From the NCBI GenBank assembly GCA_943367535.1, contig CALRJK020000012.1:102-64101 (forward strand): a stretch of DNA of 64,000 nt, in the 5' to 3' direction. Of the stretch, positions 54,011-62,928 are shown in pieces. Source of the DNA: Synechococcus sp. UW140 (GTDB lineage: Bacteria > Pseudomonadota > Alphaproteobacteria > Sphingomonadales > Sphingomonadaceae). The translations under genes and the position numbers were made by a program. Each line of letters starts with the position of its first letter. Position 1 is the stretch's first letter. Under the pieces are notes generated by a model, which was not told where the DNA came from, did not search any database, and saw nothing but the letters and a program-made list of their open reading frames with translations.

Positions 54011-56659
54011 ATGGCCGCGCTTGATGATCCCCAGACCCCTGCAAAGCTGACGCCGATGATGGCGCAGTACCTGGGCCTGCGCGAGGAAGCGGGCGATGCG
54101 CTGCTGTTCTACCGCATGGGTGATTTCTTCGAGCTGTTCTTCGAAGACGCCAAGACCGCCGCCGCGATCCTCGATATCGCGCTGACCACGCGGGGCGAGC
54201 ATGGCGGCGCGCCGATCCCGATGTGCGGTGTGCCGGTGCATGCGGCGGAAAACTATCTCGCGCGGCTGATCAAGGCGGGCTGCCGGGTGGCGATTGCCGA
54301 GCAGGTGGAAACGCCGGATGAAGCCAAGGCGCGGGCCAAGCGCGAGGGCACGCCTTCGTCAAAGGTGCTGGTCGGCCGCGCGATTGTGCGGCTGGTGACG
54401 GCGGGGACGCTGACCGAAGAAGCCCTGCTCGAACCGCGCCGGGCCAATGTGCTGGTCGCTTTGGCTGGCTTGCGCGAGGGTATCGGGATCGCCGCGATTG
54501 ACGTTTCGACCGGCGCGATGGTGCTGGAGGAGTGTGCTGGCGATCAATTGGGCGCGGCCCTTGCGCGGATTTCCCCGAGCGAGGTGGTGGTGCCGGAAGA
54601 CTGGGCTCATGGTCCGGACGAAGTGATTTACCGCCCGCGCTCGACCTTCGCCAGCGATGCCGGGGCCGAGCGGTTGAAGGCGGTGCATGGCGTGGCGACG
54701 CTTGATGCCTTTGGCGCCTTTACCCGCGCGATGCTCGCCGCGGCAGGCGGGCTGGTCAGCTATCTCGACCATGTCGGGCGCGGGAAGCTTCCGCTGCTCC
54801 TGCCGCCGGTGGCGCGCGAGACGCGGAGCACCATGGCGATGGACGCGGCCACGCGCGGGAGCCTTGAAATCCTCGAATCCGCCCAAGGCGGCCGCGCCGG
54901 CAGCCTGATCGGCGCGGTGGACCGCTGCGTGACGGGGGCGGGATCGCGGCTTTTGGCCGAGGATCTGTCTGCCCCCCTGCTTGATGTCGCCGCCATCGCG
55001 GCGCGGCTGGCGCTGGTGCAGTTCTGGCAGTCCCGCCCGATCGAGCGCGCGCAATTGCGCGATGCCCTGCGCGCCATCCCCGATCTTGGCCGTGCGCTGG
55101 GGCGGGTGGTGGCCGGGCGGGGAAGCCCGCGTGATCTTGGCCAGTTGCGCGATGGCCTGTCGGAGGCAGCGCGGCTGCACCACTGGCTCGCCGGAGCGCC
55201 TGACAAGCCTGCGCTGCTGTCTGATGTGATTGCCCGCCTGACCGGGCATGGCGCGCTGACCGATCATCTCAGCCGCGCGCTCGTCCCCTCGCCGCCGACC
55301 GAGCGGAGCGGGGGCGGGTTCATCGCCGATGGTTATGACGCGGGGCTGGACGAATTGCGCGCCGCCTCGGGCGATGCGCGGCGGGCGATTGCCGCGATGG
55401 AGGCGCGCTACCGCGAGGATACCGGGATTGCGACCCTGAAGATCCGGCACAACGGCGTGCTGGGTTATTTCATCGAGGTTGCCGCACGCCATGCCGACCG
55501 GCTGATGGCGCCCGACAGCGGCTTTACCCACCGCCAGACGATGAAGGACGTGGTGCGCTTCAACTCGCTGAAGCTGCACGAGGAAGCCGCCCGCATTGCC
55601 GAGGCAGGCGGCCATGCCCTCGCGATGGAAGAGGCGCATTTTGAAAGCCTTGTGGCCGAAGTGGTGATGCTGCGCGAACCCATCGCCGCCACCGCTGCTG
55701 CACTGGCGCGGCTCGATGTCGGCGCGGGCAATGCCGAGCGTGCGGCGGAAGGCGACTGGTGCTGCCCCGAAATTGCCGAGGACGCCGGGCTCGCCATTAC
55801 CGCAGGCCGCCATCCGGTGGTCGAAGCCGCGCTGGCCAAGGCGGGGGAGCGGTTCGTCGCCAATGATTGCGCGCTCGGCCAGACCAACCGCCTGTGGCTG
55901 ATCGGCGGGCCGAACATGGGCGGCAAGTCGACCTTCCTGCGCCAGAACGCGCTTATCGTGCTGCTGGCTCAGGCCGGCTGCTTCGTCCCCGCCTCAGCCG
56001 CGCGGATCGGGCTGGTGGACCGCCTGTTCAGCCGCGTCGGCGCTGCCGATAATCTTGCACGCGGGCGATCGACCTTCATGGTCGAAATGGTCGAGACCGC
56101 CGCCATTCTTGCGCAGGCCACAAGCCGCAGCTTCGTGATCCTGGACGAGGTCGGGCGCGGCACTTCGACCTATGATGGCCTCGCGCTCGCCTGGGCGGTG
56201 GCCGAGGCGGTTCACAGCCAGATCGCCTGCCGCTGTCTGTTCGCCACCCACTACCACGAACTCGCCCGGCTGGCGGAAACCTGTGAGGCGCTGAGCCTCC
56301 ACCATGTTCGCGCGCGGGAATGGCAGGGCGATCTGGTGCTGCTCCACGAACTGGCCGATGGTCCGGCGGACCGGTCGTATGGCCTTGCCGTGGCGCGGCT
56401 GGCGGGGGTGCCGGCACCGGTGGTGGCGCGGGCCAAGGCGGTGCTCGAAAAGCTTGAGGCCACCCGCGAGGCGACCGGCGGAATTGCCGCAGGGCTGGGC
56501 GATCTGCCGCTGTTCGCCAACCTGCGCAGCGCGGAACCTGCGCCCGCCAGCCCCGAATCGCAGCTGGCCGATGCCTTGCGCAGCGCCGATCTTGATGCGC
56601 TCACCCCGCGTGAGGCGCTCGACCTGCTGTATGAATGGAAGCGCGGATTGCCCCGCTGA
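54011..56659 (+). CDS. mutS: DNA mismatch repair protein MutS
   Basis: TPMMAQYLGLREE..LLFYRMGDFFELFFEDA; Walker A GPNMGGKSTF; STFMVEM; DEVGRGTSTYDG. Confidence 0.97.
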   Translation: MAALDDPQTPAKLTPMMAQYLGLREEAGDALLFYRMGDFFELFFEDAKTAAAILDIALTTRGEHGGAPIPMCGVPVHAAENYLARLIKAGCRVAIAEQVETPDEAKARAKREGTPSSKVLVGRAIVRLVTAGTLTEEALLEPRRANVLVALAGLREGIGIAAIDVSTGAMVLEECAGDQLGAALARISPSEVVVPEDWAHGPDEVIYRPRSTFASDAGAERLKAVHGVATLDAFGAFTRAMLAAAGGLVSYLDHVGRGKLPLLLPPVARETRSTMAMDAATRGSLEILESAQGGRAGSLIGAVDRCVTGAGSRLLAEDLSAPLLDVAAIAARLALVQFWQSRPIERAQLRDALRAIPDLGRALGRVVAGRGSPRDLGQLRDGLSEAARLHHWLAGAPDKPALLSDVIARLTGHGALTDHLSRALVPSPPTERSGGGFIADGYDAGLDELRAASGDARRAIAAMEARYREDTGIATLKIRHNGVLGYFIEVAARHADRLMAPDSGFTHRQTMKDVVRFNSLKLHEEAARIAEAGGHALAMEEAHFESLVAEVVMLREPIAATAAALARLDVGAGNAERAAEGDWCCPEIAEDAGLAITAGRHPVVEAALAKAGERFVANDCALGQTNRLWLIGGPNMGGKSTFLRQNALIVLLAQAGCFVPASAARIGLVDRLFSRVGAADNLARGRSTFMVEMVETAAILAQATSRSFVILDEVGRGTSTYDGLALAWAVAEAVHSQIACRCLFATHYHELARLAETCEALSLHHVRAREWQGDLVLLHELADGPADRSYGLAVARLAGVPAPVVARAKAVLEKLEATREATGGIAAGLGDLPLFANLRSAEPAPASPESQLADALRSADLDALTPREALDLLYEWKRGLPR

Positions 56660-56707
56660 CCCTGGAGTGCGGGCTCGCCTCAACCAAGGCTTAACCCTGC
56701 TGCGGTT

Positions 56708-57112
56708 ATGCTTCCGGCCATGTACAAGATGGTCTTCCAGAACAGCAAGGTCGCCCTGCTTTTCGCGATTGTGACAATCATGAGCGCGGTGTCGATGGTC
56801 GGCACCTCGGAGGACAGCGGGTTGTTGCTGCGCGTTGCCAGTCTCATCAACGGGCAGCGCAGCCATGCGGCTGGCCCTTCCGATGCCCCCGGCCAGCCGG
56901 GCGAAGCGCCCCCGCCGCCCTCGGTGTTTGGCGAGTATGATGCCTCCGCGCCCTCCTCTGCTTCGCAGGTCGCGAGCGCGCCGCCCGCTTACGGCAATGG
57001 CTACAACCCCATGACCGCCCCGGTTTCCCCGGGCGCGGTCGTGGTGCAGAACGGCACGGCAAGCACCGGCGCCGATATTCCGATGGCCGAGCAAGAGGTC
57101 CAGCCGCAATAG
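56708..57112 (+). CDS. hypothetical membrane-anchored Pro/Ala/Ser-rich protein
   Basis: One N-terminal TM helix (VALLFAIVTIMSAVSMV) followed by a low-complexity tail; the coding call is weak. Confidence 0.4.
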   Translation: MLPAMYKMVFQNSKVALLFAIVTIMSAVSMVGTSEDSGLLLRVASLINGQRSHAAGPSDAPGQPGEAPPPPSVFGEYDASAPSSASQVASAPPAYGNGYNPMTAPVSPGAVVVQNGTASTGADIPMAEQEVQPQ

Positions 57113-57137
57113 GCCGGACAGGCAGGGCTGCGCGGGG

Positions 57138-57638
57138 TCAATCCTCCTCGTCGTCGGGCAGGTTGCTGCGGCTTATATCATCATCGTCGCGCGCTTCGGC
57201 TTCCTCCAGCAGAACGACTTCTTCCAGCAATCCCTCGCCATCGAGCAGATCGGCTTCCTCGGCCGTGTCCTCGCCATCGGCGATGAGCCATTCCCCGTTC
57301 CCGCCGACCTCGTCATCATCGGTGGTTTCGCCGCCATAGGTGTCCGGCTCGTCATCATGGTTGGGCTCGCCCGCGAAGGCCGACATATCGATCCGGCCTT
57401 CGCCCTCCATCCGGCGCATCTCGTCAACCAGGTCGGCGGTGCTGTCGGGCGCCAGATCATAGGGATCGGCCTCGGGCTTGGTGCTTTCGAGCGGGCTTGC
57501 GGTGTGGCTGTCGGGGGCGCGGGCGGCATCGGCGACATCCTGCGCCTGTGTGCCGACCGGATCCTGTTCGTCATTGACGATCTCCGGTGGCGGCACGTCT
57601 TCGGGGCTGCCGGGGATCGGTTCGTCACGCTTGGCCAT
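57138..57638 (-). CDS. highly acidic hypothetical protein
   Basis: ATG 57638 is preceded by AGGAGA. 166 aa, very Asp/Glu-rich (..DDEPDTYGGETTDDDE..). Confidence 0.55.
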   Translation of the reverse strand: MAKRDEPIPGSPEDVPPPEIVNDEQDPVGTQAQDVADAARAPDSHTASPLESTKPEADPYDLAPDSTADLVDEMRRMEGEGRIDMSAFAGEPNHDDEPDTYGGETTDDDEVGGNGEWLIADGEDTAEEADLLDGEGLLEEVVLLEEAEARDDDDISRSNLPDDEED

Positions 57639-57723
57639 GGGGCATCTCCTTTGCCGGGATAACCGGGCAGGAGCGCCGAATGTTGCACCGCTTTCGCCGG
57701 GACGGGGCGGGCGTGCGACCGGC

Positions 57724-58593
57724 CTAGCGCGTGGGGACGGGGGCCTCGCCCGTGTAGTCGTAGAAGCCGCGCCCGGTCTTGCGGCCCAGCCAGCCGGCCT
57801 CGACATATTTCACCAGCAGCGGCGCAGCGCGATACTTGCTGTCGCGGGTGGTGGTGTAGAGCACGTTCATGATGTCGAGGCATGTATCCAGCCCGACGAA
57901 ATCGGCCAGTTGCAGCGGCCCCATCGGGTGGTTGAGGCCGAGGCGGCAGCCCTTGTCGATATCCTCGATCCCCGCGGTCGACTGGCCCAGCACGAACACC
58001 GCTTCATTGATCATCGGCAGCAGGATGCGGTTGACGACAAAGCCGGGCTCATCCTGCGAAAGCACCACTTCCTTGCCGAGGCCGCGTGCAAAGGCGGTGA
58101 CCCGGTCGGTGGTGGCGGGCGCGGTGGCAAGGCCGGGGATGACTTCGATCAGACCCATGACCGGCACCGGATTGAAGAAGTGCAGCCCGATGAAGCGCGC
58201 AGGATCGGGCGAATGGTTGGCCATGCGGGTGATCGGAATGGAGGACGTGTTGGACGCCATCACCGCATCGCTGCGCAGCACCTTGCCCGCGTTTGCGAAG
58301 ATCGCGTTCTTGATCTCCTCACGCTCGGTCGCGGCTTCGATGATCAGATCGGCCTCGGCAAAGGGGGCGTAATCGGCGACCGGCGTGATGCGGGCGAGCA
58401 GGCTTTCCGCTTCGGCCGCTTCGATCTTGCCGCGGCCCATCAGCTTGGCGAGGGCCTTTTCGATGGCCAGCTTGCCGGCCTCGGCCCGGGCGAGGTCAAC
58501 ATCGGTCAGCATGACCTTCAGCCCTTGCGCGGCGCAGGTCTGTGCAATGCCGGTGCCCATTTGTCCGGCTCCGATAACGGCGATGTTGCGCAT
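57724..58593 (-). CDS. hbd: 3-hydroxybutyryl-CoA dehydrogenase
   Basis: MRNIAVIGAGQMGTGIAQ Rossmann start; HFFNPVPVM and C-terminal GRKTGRGFYDY motifs. Confidence 0.9.
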   Translation of the reverse strand: MRNIAVIGAGQMGTGIAQTCAAQGLKVMLTDVDLARAEAGKLAIEKALAKLMGRGKIEAAEAESLLARITPVADYAPFAEADLIIEAATEREEIKNAIFANAGKVLRSDAVMASNTSSIPITRMANHSPDPARFIGLHFFNPVPVMGLIEVIPGLATAPATTDRVTAFARGLGKEVVLSQDEPGFVVNRILLPMINEAVFVLGQSTAGIEDIDKGCRLGLNHPMGPLQLADFVGLDTCLDIMNVLYTTTRDSKYRAAPLLVKYVEAGWLGRKTGRGFYDYTGEAPVPTR

Positions 58594-58673
58594 GGGTGGT
58601 GTCGTCCTTCGCAAGTGCAGCAAGAACGCCGCCCCTAGCGAGGAAGATTACGGCTGGCTAGCAGCCTATTTGG

Positions 58674-59240
58674 CTACCTGTTCTGGCCCGGCACCCACTT
58701 CACGTCCATCCGCCCGTTGTCGTTCACAACGCGGGCGAGCACGAAGAGGTAATCGGACAGGCGGTTGATATAGGCCAGCGCGGCGGGGTTCACCGCATCT
58801 TGGGCCGCCAGCGCCACCATCGCGCGTTCGGCCGCACGGGTCGTGGCGCGGGCGATGTGGAGCCGGGCGGCGAGTTCCGTCCCGCCGGGCAGAATGAAGC
58901 TGGTCAGCGGCTCGAGCTTTTCGTTGCAGGCGTCAATCCGCTGCTCCAGCCAATCGACCTGCGCCGGCACAATCCGAAGCACCATCTCTGACGGTGCGAA
59001 ATCGTCACCCGGCGTGGCTAGATCGGCACCCAGATCGAACAGGTCGTTCTGGATGCGGGTGATTTCTGCTCCCGGCGCGCCGGCCATCTTGACGGCGGCC
59101 AGGCCGATGGCGCTGTTCGCCTCGTCCACCAGCCCCATCGCGGCGATGCGCGCGGAATGCTTTGGGCAGCGTGAGCCATCGACAAGGCCCGTCGTCCCGT
59201 CATCCCCGGTGCGGGTGTAAATCTTGTTGAGCTTGACCAT
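58674..59240 (-). CDS. PduO-type ATP:cob(I)alamin adenosyltransferase
   Basis: MVKLNKIYTRTGDDGTTGL is the canonical N-terminus. Confidence 0.9.
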   Translation of the reverse strand: MVKLNKIYTRTGDDGTTGLVDGSRCPKHSARIAAMGLVDEANSAIGLAAVKMAGAPGAEITRIQNDLFDLGADLATPGDDFAPSEMVLRIVPAQVDWLEQRIDACNEKLEPLTSFILPGGTELAARLHIARATTRAAERAMVALAAQDAVNPAALAYINRLSDYLFVLARVVNDNGRMDVKWVPGQNR

Positions 59241-59253
59241 CAGAGGAAGGGGG

Positions 59254-59484
59254 TCAGCGCGATACCGCCAGCAGGATGGCGACCACCGCGATCGCCAGCC
59301 CCTGATACTTGATACGCGCGAACATCGCCTTGTTCTGGGCAAGCTGCATATCGGTGGCGGTCGAGCCTTCGCCGGTCTCCAGATCGATCTTGGTCGTCTT
59401 GAGGAAGGCGATGATACCCTTGATCAGCGAATAGGCGACAAGGCCCATGAGGATCAGCAGCGCGGGGATGAGGACATAGGTCAT
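59254..59484 (-). CDS. twin transmembrane helix small protein (HIG1-like)
   Basis: 76 aa with two TM helices and the conserved MFARIKYQG segment. Confidence 0.7.
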   Translation of the reverse strand: MTYVLIPALLILMGLVAYSLIKGIIAFLKTTKIDLETGEGSTATDMQLAQNKAMFARIKYQGLAIAVVAILLAVSR

Positions 59485-59508
59485 GGTGGCTAAATGGACG
59501 CTTGGCCC

Positions 59509-60339
59509 TTAGGTTCCAAGTGACAAAAGTTGCATTCTGAGTTGTTCGGCAAGCACGCGCCCATCCTCACCCGCTTCGCGCCGCTCCGCCAGCGCGGGCG
59601 AGCCGCGGCGTTTGGCGAGTTTTTCGCCGCTTTCGTCCCGCAGCAAGGGGTGGTGATGCCAGCGCGGCACGGGGAGGCCGAGCAGGGCTTGCAGGGTGCG
59701 GTGGACATGGCTGGCGGCGAACAGATCGGCCCCGCGCGTCACCAGCGTCACGCCGTCCGCCGCATCGTCCAGCGTGACGGCGAGGTGATAGCTGGCGGGC
59801 AGGTCCTTGCGCACCAGCACGACATCGCCGAGGCCTGACAGATCCACCTGCTGCGGCCCGGCCCGCGCGTCTTCCCAGACCAGCGGCCCGGTGACTGCCA
59901 GCGCCTTGGCCGCATCGAGCCGCCATGCAGCGGGGCGCGAAGGATCGGGCGCGCGGTGTTTGCAGGTGCCGGGATAGATCAACCCGTCCGAGCCTTCGGC
60001 CGCGCCCGCCTCCTCGATCTCCTTGCGGGTGCAGGTGCAGGGATAGAGCAATCCGTGCGCCTTCAGGCTTTCGGCGGCGGCGGCATAGCTTCCGAGGCGG
60101 GTCGATTGCGCTGGGACTTCCTCCCATTGCAGCCCCAGCCATGCCAGATCGCGGCGGAATTCTTCCGCGAGTTCCGGGCGCGAGCGCGGCCCGTCAATAT
60201 CCTCGAGCCTTAGCAGAAAGCGTCCGCCGCCCGCTTTGGCGAGATCATGCGCCACAATGGCGCTCAGCGCATGGCCGAGGTGCAGGTGCCCGTTGGGGCT
60301 GGGCGCGAAACGGGTCACGGCGGGCAAGGTGCGATCCAT
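59509..60339 (-). CDS. gluQ: tRNA glutamyl-Q(34) synthetase
   Basis: TRFAPSPNGHLHLGHA HIGH-type motif, truncated GluRS length. ATG 60339 was chosen by analogy with known GluQRS N-termini. Confidence 0.85.
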   Translation of the reverse strand: MDRTLPAVTRFAPSPNGHLHLGHALSAIVAHDLAKAGGGRFLLRLEDIDGPRSRPELAEEFRRDLAWLGLQWEEVPAQSTRLGSYAAAAESLKAHGLLYPCTCTRKEIEEAGAAEGSDGLIYPGTCKHRAPDPSRPAAWRLDAAKALAVTGPLVWEDARAGPQQVDLSGLGDVVLVRKDLPASYHLAVTLDDAADGVTLVTRGADLFAASHVHRTLQALLGLPVPRWHHHPLLRDESGEKLAKRRGSPALAERREAGEDGRVLAEQLRMQLLSLGT

Positions 60340-60373
60340 CGCTTGCGCCCATGCCACAGGACACAATCTTGCG

Positions 60374-60411
60374 CTATCCACAGGCCATCCACAGCGTGTC
60401 CCTGTGGATAC
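60374..60411. promoter_or_regulatory. cluster of three DnaA-box-like sites (exact ATCCACAG cores, two direct and one inverted)
   Basis: cTATCCACAGg at 60374, cCATCCACAGc at 60385, and cCTGTGGATAc at 60402, whose reverse complement is gTATCCACAGg. Confidence 0.5.
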
Positions 60412-60483
60412 CCACCCTGTCACGGGTTTGACTCTTTGGCCTGTCAGGTCAGGATGCACTTCAATCAGGGAGGAACGCGCACC

Positions 60484-61092
60484 GTGTTCAATGCCGAACT
60501 GATCGAGAAAGTGGCCAAGTTCCGCGGGATCGACGAGGATCCGACGCGCAACCTTTCGGCCTGCCCGGCGCTGGTGCTCAACGCCGATTACACCCCGCTG
60601 TCCTATTACCCGCTAAGCCTGTGGCCGTGGCAGACCGCGATCAAGGCGGTGTTCCTCGACCGGGTCGACATCGTCGCCAGCTATGACCGCGAGGTGCATT
60701 CGCCCAGCTTCGACATGAAGATCCCGAGCGTCATCGCGCTCAGGCAATATGTGAAGCATTCGGAATTTCCGGCCTTTACCCGCTTCAACGTGTTCCTGCG
60801 CGACCGCTTCCAGTGCCAGTATTGCGGCAGCCACGAACACCTGACCTTCGACCACGTGATGCCGCGCCGGCTTGGCGGGCGCACCACGTGGGAGAACATC
60901 ATCACCGCCTGCGCGCCCTGCAACATGAAAAAGGGCGGGCGCACGCCGAAGCAGGCGGGGATGGGGCTGCACCACGCCCCGATCCGGCCGACAAGCTGGC
61001 AATTGCAGCAGCACGGCAAGCTGTTCCCGCCGAACCACCTGCACGAAACCTGGCGCGATTGGCTGTACTGGGACGTCGAGCTGGAAGCGTGA
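60484..61092 (+). CDS. HNH endonuclease family protein
   Basis: CQYCGSHEHLTFDHVMPRRLGGRTTWENIITACAPCNMKKG HNH motif. GTG 60484 lies 10 nt after GGGAGG; alternative ATG at 60454. Confidence 0.8.
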   Translation: MFNAELIEKVAKFRGIDEDPTRNLSACPALVLNADYTPLSYYPLSLWPWQTAIKAVFLDRVDIVASYDREVHSPSFDMKIPSVIALRQYVKHSEFPAFTRFNVFLRDRFQCQYCGSHEHLTFDHVMPRRLGGRTTWENIITACAPCNMKKGGRTPKQAGMGLHHAPIRPTSWQLQQHGKLFPPNHLHETWRDWLYWDVELEA

Positions 61093-61346
61093 CGGGCGGC
61101 CTCCGGGCGGCGCTATCTTCATCACAGCAACGGGTCGCCGCACGGGTTTGCGGCTGCAGATGTTTGCTATCAACTGATTCGCCCATGTCATTTGACATTA
61201 AACAAAAGATACGGGCTAAATACATTTGACACTTTTTGAAGACGAGTCGTTTATCATAAGATCAATCGAGATTCTATTCTGTTATTCAAATGTAGATCAG
61301 ACTTCGACTCACCGTATTTTAATATAGATTATATTGACGGGTAAGG

Positions 61347-61382
61347 AATCCTCCCTCCATCAGCATGGGGCACAGGAGGATT
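61347..61382 (+). promoter_or_regulatory. hairpin pairing an anti-SD (AATCCTCC) with the GH16 gene RBS (GGAGGATT)
   Basis: Perfect 8-bp complementarity between 61347-61354 and 61375-61382, with a 20-nt loop. The start codon is at 61387. Confidence 0.4.
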
Positions 61383-61386
61383 GCCC

Positions 61387-62760
61387 ATGAAGCGTTTGTT
61401 TACTCTTGCACTTGCGGTTTCAAGCTTGGCCGGTTGCGGCGGAGACGAAACTGCGCCCCCAGCGGCCACCACCAAGCCCGAGGCACTGGCCGCGCTTGTG
61501 CCATCCGGCGACAGGGTGGCCTCCCTCGGCAGCAGCCTTCCGGAGGGCGCGACCACCACCACCGTCAACCCCTTTGCCACCTTCGATTTCAAGAGCGGCA
61601 CGGCCTATCCCACCAAGGCGGCGATCAGTATCGGCACGGTCAGTGTGCCGGTCGGCGCGACCGAGGCCTTCGTGCCGATCCGCATCAACCGCAACACGCC
61701 CAACACCGTGATCGTCCGGGTGATGACTCGCAATGGATCGGGCACTCTCGGCGGGTTCGAGGGGCGGCATTTCCAGAAGACCGCAACCACCGTCTTCTTC
61801 CGCCCCGGCGATGCGCTCGAACAGACCGTGCGCATCCCGCTCATCAACATGGACGCAGGCCGCACCTTCGACGTGATCCTGCCTGAAGGCGTCGCGGGTG
61901 GCGGCGTCATCAACTCCTCGGCGCGGGTCACTGCGGTTGTCGGGGCGGCGCCCGGGGTGGCCAAGACCAGCGGCTTCCGCGCCCCGCGCAGCTTTGCAGC
62001 CAATGGCACGCTCGCCTACCAGCTCGATCCCGCCAAGGTGACATGGAGCGATGCAGGCGGCGCGGATGTGTGGCGCACCCGGCTTTCCCATGGGCGCACC
62101 CAGCCTGCCAATAACGAATCCGGGCTCTACCTTGATCCGGTGCTGCACAATTCGCCGCTGCCGCCCTTCGCCATCGAAAACGGGGAGGTCGTGATCCGCA
62201 GCCAGCAGCTGCTCAGCCCGATTTTCCATAACAACGTGTACTGGAAGCATGGCGCAGCGGTCCTGACCGGCCAGCGGATGCCCGCCACGCAGATCCAGTT
62301 CGGCCAGTACGAATGGACCGCGATGATGCCCAACCGCCGCGGCGGCTGGCCCGCCTTGTGGCTGCTGCCGGCCGGCGGTGGCTGGCCGCCCGAGATCGAT
62401 GTCTATGAAGGCTTCGGCTATTCATCGGGCTGGAACTTCAGCCGTAACATCTCGGGCAATATCCATGGCGGCGCCAGCGGGTCGCGCACCTTCACCGCGC
62501 TGATGCAGGTCAACGCTGCGAGTGCCTACGGCCTGTCCGGGTTCGATACCGGCTACCACCGCTTCGCTGTCGATATCGCGCCAGATTTCATCACCTGGTT
62601 CGTCGACGGCAAGGAGACCTACCAGACGGTGAACCCGTTCCGCGGCACGACCTGGTATCCGCTCATGAATGTCGCCGTGAAGCACGGCACTGCCGATTAT
62701 ATCGGCGGTACGGCAGAGATGCGGGTGCGCAGCTTCGCGGTCTGGAAGGTGCCGGGCTGA
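61387..62760 (+). CDS. lipoprotein with Calx-beta-like domain and C-terminal glycoside hydrolase family 16 domain
   Basis: Lipobox SLAGC. Calx-beta-like segment VSVPVGATEAFVPIRINR...VFFRPGDALEQTVRIPLI. GH16 catalytic motif WPPEIDVYE preceded by GWPALWLLP. Confidence 0.8.
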   Translation: MKRLFTLALAVSSLAGCGGDETAPPAATTKPEALAALVPSGDRVASLGSSLPEGATTTTVNPFATFDFKSGTAYPTKAAISIGTVSVPVGATEAFVPIRINRNTPNTVIVRVMTRNGSGTLGGFEGRHFQKTATTVFFRPGDALEQTVRIPLINMDAGRTFDVILPEGVAGGGVINSSARVTAVVGAAPGVAKTSGFRAPRSFAANGTLAYQLDPAKVTWSDAGGADVWRTRLSHGRTQPANNESGLYLDPVLHNSPLPPFAIENGEVVIRSQQLLSPIFHNNVYWKHGAAVLTGQRMPATQIQFGQYEWTAMMPNRRGGWPALWLLPAGGGWPPEIDVYEGFGYSSGWNFSRNISGNIHGGASGSRTFTALMQVNAASAYGLSGFDTGYHRFAVDIAPDFITWFVDGKETYQTVNPFRGTTWYPLMNVAVKHGTADYIGGTAEMRVRSFAVWKVPG

Positions 62761-62853
62761 GGCACAAGGCCTGGCAGCAGCGCGCCCAAGTGCGCGCGCG
62801 GGCGCGGCGGCGGGGTTCTCCTTTGCCCGCCGCCGCGCTTACCTGACGAGAAC

Positions 62854-62902
62854 GCCCGCCTAGCGCGTTGCAATTCCATGACGCCGCGCTAGGCGGGCTT
62901 TG
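62854..62902 (+). terminator. perfect 14-bp stem hairpin followed by TTTG, between the GH16 gene and prs
   Basis: GCCCGCCTAGCGCG-17 nt-CGCGCTAGGCGGGC-TTTG. Confidence 0.5.
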
Positions 62903-62928
62903 TCACGCGGCCACGGGGATTCGCATCC

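Noticed and set aside
60484-61092. The HNH endonuclease as part of a defence or restriction system or a mobile homing element.
   Set aside because: It is a single small gene with host-like composition between housekeeping genes (gluQ, prs region). There is no methylase, ATPase, or intein/intron context.
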